A program made the translations under genes and the position numbers. The notes beneath the pieces are model-generated. The model saw nothing but the letters and a program-made list of their open reading frames with translations, made no database searches and was not told the origin of the DNA. Below, one piece after another: positions 56,455 through 64,000 of a stretch of 64,000 bases of DNA (position 1 is the stretch's first letter; each line of letters opens with the position of its first letter). The stretch spans positions 15,750,001 through 15,814,000 of the forward strand of contig NC_087245.1 in NCBI RefSeq assembly GCF_037042905.1, in the 5' to 3' direction. The DNA comes from Lytechinus pictus. Lineage: Eukaryota.

Positions 56455-57312
56455 ATGGCATGCAATGGTGGTGATTGCCCCGTCAAGGCTTCGGAATATA
56501 CCTCTAGTGCAACCGTAGAGGGCGTCACAACAGAACCTTGGCTTTTCACTCCTGGTGACAACTCCAGTAATAGGACGGAGGAGGATGATTCTAGAGACGA
56601 AAATCTTGCAAAATGGGAGATTTTCGTGAGCAGTGTAATTCTTGTCGTCGCTCTCTTTGGCAACTCCATCGTAGTACATTCCCTCTGGAGGCGTCGTAAG
56701 AAACTGTCACGGATGCACTTCTTCATTCTTCACCTCTGCGTTGCCGATTTGTTGACCTGTCTCCTAAGCATTTTCCCTCAGCTCGTCTGGGACATTAGCT
56801 ACCTTTTCTATGCTCCAGATGTGATATGCCGAATCGTCAAGTACGGCCAAGTCTTTCCGATGTATCTCTCAACGTACATCCTTGTCATGACGGCCATCGA
56901 TCGCTATATCGCAATCTGCCACCCGTTACTCGGCCTCCGTGGGGATTATACGCAACGCATGCGCATCATGATTGCGGTAGCATATGGATTGTCGTTTCTT
57001 TATGCCATACCACAAATAGTGATCTTCAGGAATGTTGCTGTGGAAGGTGGATACCAATGCTGGGCAGTGATGAAATATAGCACGTGGTCTCCACGAGCCT
57101 ACATAACTTTCTTCGTGTTGGCGGTCTATGTCATACCAAGCACAATCCTTGGTATCACATACGGACTTGTCTGCTACACTGTATGGCGGAACATGGGGAA
57201 GACTCCAGACAGTGACAGACATAAGATCAAGAATGGTGGACATCATTCCAGTAATGTAGCTACTACCAACCTCGACGAAGACGAAGGTGATACTGATGGC
57301 GCAGAAGTAAAG
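56455..57312 (+). CDS. Vasopressin/oxytocin-type peptide GPCR, coding exon 1 (N-terminus, TM1-TM5, start of ICL3)
   Basis: ATG at 56455 (gtgATGG). Family motifs: RDENLAKWEI before TM1, GN in TM1, SRMHFFILHLCVADL, PQLVWDI, CRIVKYGQV, STYILVMTAIDRY (DRY), PQIVIF, CWA in ECL2. N-glycosylation sequons NSS and NRT. Donor AAG|GTACAT after 57312; an in-frame alternative GAA|GTAAAG lies after 57306. Confidence 0.95.
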
Positions 57313-57823
57313 GTACATTTTCAATTATAAAATAACAATATGAATATCCGCTAGTTTTGCACCACGACGTCAATATTCGAATCTGCACTGTTCGTGTCAT
57401 GACAGGCTTAGATGCAAGTGAAGGAAATTTTTTTTTACTACAGTTATTTTGCAAAGCGCAAATGCCAATAGAAAACTTACTTACTTTATATGTAGGAATA
57501 TTCTAATTCATCAAAGGTAGTCGCTTTTAAATGTCTGTTAATAATTTGTATAATCTTAATCAATCAAGAAATCAAAATGCAGTCTCTGAGACATGAAAAG
57601 AGTATCCAATGAGGGAATCAGTATGTGGGGTGTAGGGTTTTTCAATTTTTTACGACTACCTGGAAATTTATCTTTCTTCACATAAATGCTCAGAACAATT
57701 ATCGCTTTGTTCTCGAATAGATTCTTTAAAAATATTTGTAATCATACATCCTTTTGTCGTACTCTGATTAAGAATTATGGTAGAAAATCTAACCTAATTA
57801 CCATTACTTTCTTTTCTAACAAG

Positions 57824-58016
57824 GTCTCAAAATCTACATCCGAGAGGGAAGATCCACTCTGCAGGAAGCACGGGTCAGCTGCAAGGGTCAGCAGGGCAAA
57901 GGTCAAAACCATCAAGATGACCCTCACCATTGTCACGGTTTATGTAGCTTGTTGGACGCCATTCAGCTTGGCACAGCTTTGGAACGTGTGGCATCCCCCG
58001 AGTGCCCCCTTTCATG
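57824..58016 (+). CDS. Vasopressin/oxytocin-type GPCR, coding exon 2 (ICL3 end, TM6, ECL3)
   Basis: Acceptor ctttcttttctaacaag|GTC, phase 0. Encodes VSRAKVKTIKMTLTIVTVYVACWTPF, matching the SRAKxKTxKMT and CWxP motifs. Donor CATG|GTAAGC, phase 1. Confidence 0.95.
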
Positions 58017-58891
58017 GTAAGCTGCAGGTATTATAGTCATGAAGGCATTCGCGAATACCATCCCGTTCCTTTAGTATTGCAACATCACACAGTTGTTTCC
58101 TAAGCGAAAAACAGATTCTTTATTCCTAGCAGCGTGATGTGTAAATAACCGAATCATTACCATTTTTTTGTTGTATACGCGATTGTATTTATTGTGTTGA
58201 TTTCATTTTCATTTTTCTAAGCTACCCATGTAAGCAACCATTATCAAAACAGAAGATATAACTGAGGAGCGGGGGTGATAAATTGCATCCATGAGGTGGG
58301 GTCGCTTTTTTCTCTGTGGAGTAGGCGTTGATTAGATATAGTACGTTAGGGATGACATAAGAAAATCCTTTCCTGAGACCAATCGATTACCAGCCAGGCT
58401 TTGTTCTTCTCTTTTGCTGTACCTTGGGGGACTACACCCTCAACATATTAACACCATCCTGATATCTAGCGCTGTCACCTTTTTAAGGAGTTGATGGCTA
58501 GAGACACAACACCCCCTGTTATGTACCCTTGTTTTTTTACCTTTCGACAATTAAGTATTACCAATTTGTTGATTAAATGGCATCAAAAATCCAGTGGTGG
58601 GCTGTGTATCCCTTCCCATAACTTTGTATGAGCGTTATCATAGTTCAAGACATGTTCATAATAATGAGTCAGGGAATTCAATCGTTCTGGTGCTGCATGA
58701 TGGGGATTCAATCCCCCTTCTCTATGAACTCTAAAGTAGGTGAACAAGGAACCAAACAGGGCAAACGTAGAGACGGACACGTGCAGCCAAGACCGAATAT
58801 GTTAAAAGCGTGTGTGTTCCAGACTTACCCGTTGAAATCGTTCATCCAACACCAATCAATGTTTCTTTTGTATTTTTCCTTATCAATATAG

Positions 58892-59226
58892 GAGACGCAT
58901 TCACCATTATCATGCTGCTGGCTAACCTAAACAGTTGCACCAACCCGTTGATTTACCTGGCCTTTAGTGGCAACGTCAAGCGTGAAACCCTTGAGACGTT
59001 CGGTTGCTTCAAGTTCCTTCGGGCTACCTCAGGCCACTTCAGCAAGTCAAAGTATGCCAACGACCGGACGCACATGGAGGACAACTCCAGTCGCTACGCT
59101 TCAAGCACATCTCATGTTGGGTCAAAGACACTATATTCGAGCTTGGACACAACCGGAAGGGAGGGCCCGATCGCGGGATATGCCTGTAATTTCGGGTCAT
59201 CGGCGGCACAAACCCGTGACATCTGA
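58892..59226 (+). CDS. Vasopressin/oxytocin-type GPCR, coding exon 3 (TM7, C-tail, stop)
   Basis: Acceptor tttttccttatcaatatag|GA completes the phase-1 Gly codon. Encodes DAFTIIMLLANLNSCTNPLIY (NPxxY), a post-helix-8 Cys and a Ser/Thr-rich tail. TGA at 59224-59226. Exon lengths 858+193+335=1386 nt, i.e. 461 aa plus stop. Confidence 0.95.
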
Positions 59227-59264
59227 GAGATTGGATGCCCCGCTACAATCAAAATTTAGCCGTT

Positions 59265-59460
59265 CACTCTTAAAAATGTTGGGCAACATACGGTCCACAC
59301 AACAATTGGTTAAAACTTTATCCAATTCTGGGTAGTTTTACACCAATACTGTGTAGTTTTCACCCAAAGCACACATTATTGGTGTAAAACTACCCAGAAT
59401 TGGATAAAGTTTTAACCAATTGTTGTGTGGACCGTATGTTGCCCAACATTTTTAAGAGTG
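59265..59460. mobile_element. Palindromic MITE (CACT...AGTG termini, EnSpm/CMC-like) in the 3' UTR
   Basis: Perfect 84-bp inverted arms 59265-59348 and 59377-59460; TT on both flanks (possible 2-bp TSD). Confidence 0.9.
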
Positions 59461-61052
59461 TTGCATTCAGTAGCTTTTGATCGGATAAGGATATTCGTAT
59501 CCTGTACAGACATATCAAGGACATCAAGGTATTAATCAATGCTATATTTGAAACCAAACTGTCATTTATATTTTTACCAAGCTCTTGTAAATTATATATG
59601 CTGGTTCAATAACGTTGTGATCATTCTTAACGCTAGATTAGACTATCAAAAGGAATATACAGGATTCTACTCCTGTCGACATCTACCTGTACAAATATGT
59701 GTATTGACTTTGGCTCTTAAAGATGATTATATATTAAATATATCAAGGAAACCAGGGAATTGACTAATGTAAGAAATTTCTTCAACACATAATTTGCTTG
59801 TTATCACCTGCCCATTATACATGTTATAACTGATATTCTATTAAAATATTTGATGTTGAGAAAATACAGAGGCTGAAACCCTTTTAAAAAGATTGAATTG
59901 CTGTATAATATAAAATAGATCTTTACAAAGGAGAGTTACACATAAATCTCTTTGATCGTTCGAAGATACTCATAACATAAATGGAATACTAAAAATAATA
60001 TGCATGCAACTGCGATCAAGAAAGCTAACACAATTTTTCTTGGGAGATAGCCTGCCTTACTGGCACCAAACATTGATTTTGAAATCGTCTTTCCCCTATT
60101 AAAGAGCAACATAATTGATGAAAGCTGACTTTCAAGGTTATTCAATTTTAAACGCCTGACAAAGGACTTCAGGGATGCCCAAGTTAGGGGATATTTTACG
60201 TCAGATGGCGCTATACATTTTGAGTCAAGTTATGAGCTGAGTTTATTTCTTTTTAATTAGGAATAAGGTGATTTCTATTTGGTACAGCAATTGACAGTGA
60301 TGAGGACTTAAATGTATTCATACAAAATAATGTTGTTGTTTTTGCTTTGATAAGAACAATGTAAATTACATTAGTTGTCAGATTTGTTTTTATTATGCTA
60401 TTATGCAATCGTTGCAACTGTAAAATGACCGATTGAGATTGAAGAGCACTTTACATTCTTTATGAAATGTTTGTGCATCCTGGCAATTAGGTTCATTATA
60501 TATTCAAATCCTGAATTCTTTAGGGGACGTATCTCACATACACTGATTTTATAACCTTTACGTCTAATTTCTCTCCGTCATGAGCAGTTTCCCTCTTGCA
60601 TCATGTGGAATAGACTGAAATTTCGGATTGTGATTTACCCTGGAAGTCAGAATGTGATCGATGTGATGAATATTGTATCCATATATACACAACAGAGATA
60701 TAAGGGGCACGTACATAAATTTCAATCTTGAATAGTGCTTTCATATCATATTCAATGTAAATATGTATGAGGATAATAATAATACTTTAGCTTTAAAATG
60801 TGTGATTTTTTAATCTAAGCTGAATGACATGTAAATTTGTGTAAATTATTTTTTATGTAAAGGGACGTAATTCACGTAATTAGATACATGCAGATATGTT
60901 ATGTCTTTGCGTTTTATCTTATGATCTTACATACCGCATACATTCCAAAAAACGATTTAAATATATGCACTATGATCGATAGTGGGCACATACAATCACG
61001 AAGTAGACATCGTCTCTCTCATAATCCACATTTGCACACACCTATCAATTTC

Positions 61053-61352
61053 ACCATAGACTACCTAAGGTGTTGACATTACACCCTAGGGTTTGAGCAT
61101 AGCACCAAAGAGTGTGGAAGCAACAAACAAAGTGTTGTAATAATAGGTGAACATTTATACTCTGCACTCATCAACAACATGATAGTTGGAAGCGAGAAGC
61201 GTATTTAAATATGTGCACTTTGTAAAATAGAGTGTCAAATCGGAAATCAGCCGGTGTCCTAGAGGACCATAGACTACCTAAGGTGTTGGTATTACACCCT
61301 AGAGTTTGAGCATAACACCAGAGAGTGTGGAAGCAACAAACAAGGTGTTGTA
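61053..61352. repeat. 87-bp direct repeat, two copies, 213-bp period
   Basis: accatagactacctaaggtgttg...gtgttgta at 61053-61139 and 61266-61352. Confidence 0.9.
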
Positions 61353-61600
61353 CAGTATGTTATCCACCAACACCACAGTTTTGTTGTGTGGAAATGCATG
61401 CATAATGTCCTACATTTCTAGAAATGAATGCGCTTTTTCTGTTATGAGATTTGCCTTCTGATTTGCCCATTTGTGGCATATTTGAGAAAATAATCATAAT
61501 AATGAAGATCATCGCTTTTCTGTACAAAAACGGTTAGGGGTTACTTCATGAATTCTCTTTCATTTATCATTGTGTATTTGCTCAGTTTATCTCTACTTAA

Positions 61601-62105
61601 GGGTCAAGTCTACCCCAGAAAAATGTTGATTTGAATAAATAGATAAAACTCAAACTAGCATAACGATCAAGATTTCATCAAAATCGGATGTAAAATAAGA
61701 AAGCTATGACATTCTAAAGTCTCGCTTATTTTTTACAAAACAGTGATATGCACAACTGAGTGAAGTGCAAATGAGACAGTTAATGATGTTCCTCACTCAC
61801 AATTTTATTTGTTTGTTATTGTTTGAATTAGACAATATTTCATTTTTTACAGATTTGACAATAATGACCTACTTGACTGAACGATATAGTATTAAACAAT
61901 GGTAATTTCACATGTTCAGGAGGAATTAATCTCCTTTTCACTTGACAATGAAGAGAACATTAGAATATTTAATATTTCATGTAATAAAATACAAAAAAAT
62001 AGTGAGTGGATGACGTCATCAGTTTCCTTATTTGCATACCGACCAGGATGTGCATATAACTGTTTTGTGAAATTAAGTTTTTTATGCAAAACTAAATTGT
62101 CATGA
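61601..62105 (+). mobile_element. Truncated non-autonomous DNA transposon with TTAA flank (Kolobok-like)
   Basis: TTAA followed by gggtcaagtctaccccag and internal tttcatcaaaatcggatgtaaaataagaaag, resembling TTAA-target elements; right end not seen. Confidence 0.55.
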
Positions 62106-64000
62106 TATACTAGCCTACCATGTGAACATAGCATTGGAAATTAAAGAAATTTACCTGTCTTCATATTTTTGAAATAATATTTTCAATAAATTACCAATGT
62201 AGCCCCTTTTGCAAACGAACTGAAAATTATTTTTAAAATGTTATTTTTATCTTTTACAGATGTGTTCACCTTTTGATGGGATTTTCAACTTATCTTTGGT
62301 ATCATCAGAGTGACTAAAACCTAAACATTGAGACAAAAAAATCAAGTTCGATGAAAAATGGATCTAATACCTTTTGCAAATGAGCTCTTTAGAAGAGTAT
62401 GTTTGCAAAAGGGGGTTAGATTCACTTCAGACCATTCTGAAAAAAAAATCTTTATTTTTAATTATCCCATATTTCAAGTCTCATGTGAAACTAAATAATC
62501 CCCATTGATTTTATTTTGTAAATAGTCATAACTGTTCTATTCCATGTTGAATTTTTTTTTAGATCCTCCTTTAATAAAAATTCATTGCCGTTCTTGCCAT
62601 TCTTTCATACCTCGTCTGATTTGGAAGGGACAAGAAAAATTGGAGACAAAATATGCAGACGCACTTTTAGACCTTTGTGTGCGCAAATTGGAAATACTGA
62701 TAACCACCCCCGCAGAAAGACAGACGAGCTAAAAACAATGTTCAAAGGGTTTATTTATGTTAAATATATATATAACTAAAATCAGTTTACTACTTGTAGA
62801 TTGATTCATTTATGCGTTTATAATCAAATTATCATGATGTATTTATGTATTCTGTAAATTGTAGTAACATGTGAATATATTGAAGTGTAAATATACTTAC
62901 AATATGAAAATAACGATATACATATTTCCAAATAATTCAGTTCTAGGTTAAGACTTTGTTTTCTTTTTATTGGTTGATTTCATTCACCTGCACAAGACTT
63001 ATTATTTGTTATGATTAAAGACATTGCACAGAATGATCTGACGTGTGTCTTATTTTTCCTCCGAGTACCGTCTAAACTATTTGTATTATGGGAAAGTAAA
63101 CAATTTATATAAAAAAATATGGCAGTATTATACTGACATGATGAACAACGGTTCTCTATTTTGCGTACTTTTATGGTACGATATAACAAAAGAGAAATCA
63201 TAACATTTGCGACTGAATGAAATTTTCCTGAAATTGATGACCAAATGAGATTGATTGTTAAGGTTTTGACGACGCTCTCAAAACGTGTATGTAATATAAG
63301 TGCCAAAGATGAACAAAATAGAAACGGGTAGTCTCATGAATTTGTCGAATTATGCGATTCGAATTTTTCCTAATTTCTTAACAATAAATTGATGTCCCTA
63401 TCGGTGATGGTATCCAACATTAACCCCTTTCTTTAATGCGATTAAGTATATATCATACGATCATTTGCAAAAACTCAAGATGTTGGCCTTTAATAACAAA
63501 GTGAACTTTAGAATATCATTATTTTGATTACATACATCTATATCAATGGTAATAGTTTTCATGAACCTATTCGATTATCTGAAAGGAATCTGGGCATACT
63601 GCTCTCTAATAAAAAATGGTTAGCAAGAGAATGTGTTAGTCATTAATAAATTATGAAAATCGTATACTGCATGCTTGTAGTAGACCGTCAATCCGATATT
63701 GGTGATTTTCCTATCCACTGTGTGGGAGCTTAACGATTCCAAATCACAACTCTGAACACATAATTTATTTCATTTATAAATAGTCTCCTCTGTTTATTTC
63801 TCCTATTCACAGCGATCATCACAACTAAGACGAAATCAATAATACCTTGTCTATAAGAGTAACATTCAACATGCGATTTAAAAGACAATTCTAAACATTT
63901 GGACGGCATCACCTATAGTCGAGCATTAATTCCAGAGTCAAACCAACAGTCCTATTTCAAGTCAACCGTCAACCGAAAGAGAGAAAGTTTATCCCACCAT

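Noticed and set aside
56335..57324. Antisense and alternate-frame ORFs over the GPCR exon
   Set aside because: Shadow ORFs of a GC-richer coding exon, with no recognisable motifs.
56455..59226. NPS/CCAP/NG-peptide or GnRH receptor assignment
   Set aside because: RDExLA, PQLxWDI and LLAxLNSCxNP motifs and the low intron count fit the VP/OT receptor family better; a phylogeny would be decisive.
60199..60214. CTCF-like site (cagatggcgcta)
   Set aside because: Only half the motif matches; not distinguishable from chance.

Overview
AT-rich, microsatellite- and transposon-rich animal genomic DNA. The repeat families and gene type suggest an invertebrate deuterostome such as a sea urchin (inference). 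Only one protein-coding gene is supported: a + strand class A GPCR of the vasopressin/oxytocin (echinotocin-type) receptor family, CDS join(56455..57312,57824..58016,58892..59226), 461 aa. Splice signals suggest a 5' leader of small non-coding exons (~5300-6095, 18084-18137, 41842-41975) spread over ~50 kb, so most of the window is probably intron. Notable structures: a ~50-copy 37-bp tandem array in which each monomer is a hairpin, with ~560-bp higher-order periodicity; a Harbinger-like MITE inserted antiparallel into a copy of itself; a perfect 84-bp-arm palindromic MITE starting 39 nt after the stop codon; and a ligand-like C-x4-C-P motif at the receptor N-terminus. The other ORFs in the track look spurious. 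No CRISPR array, rRNA or intact tRNA was seen, and I cannot demonstrate a new biological system from the sequence alone.
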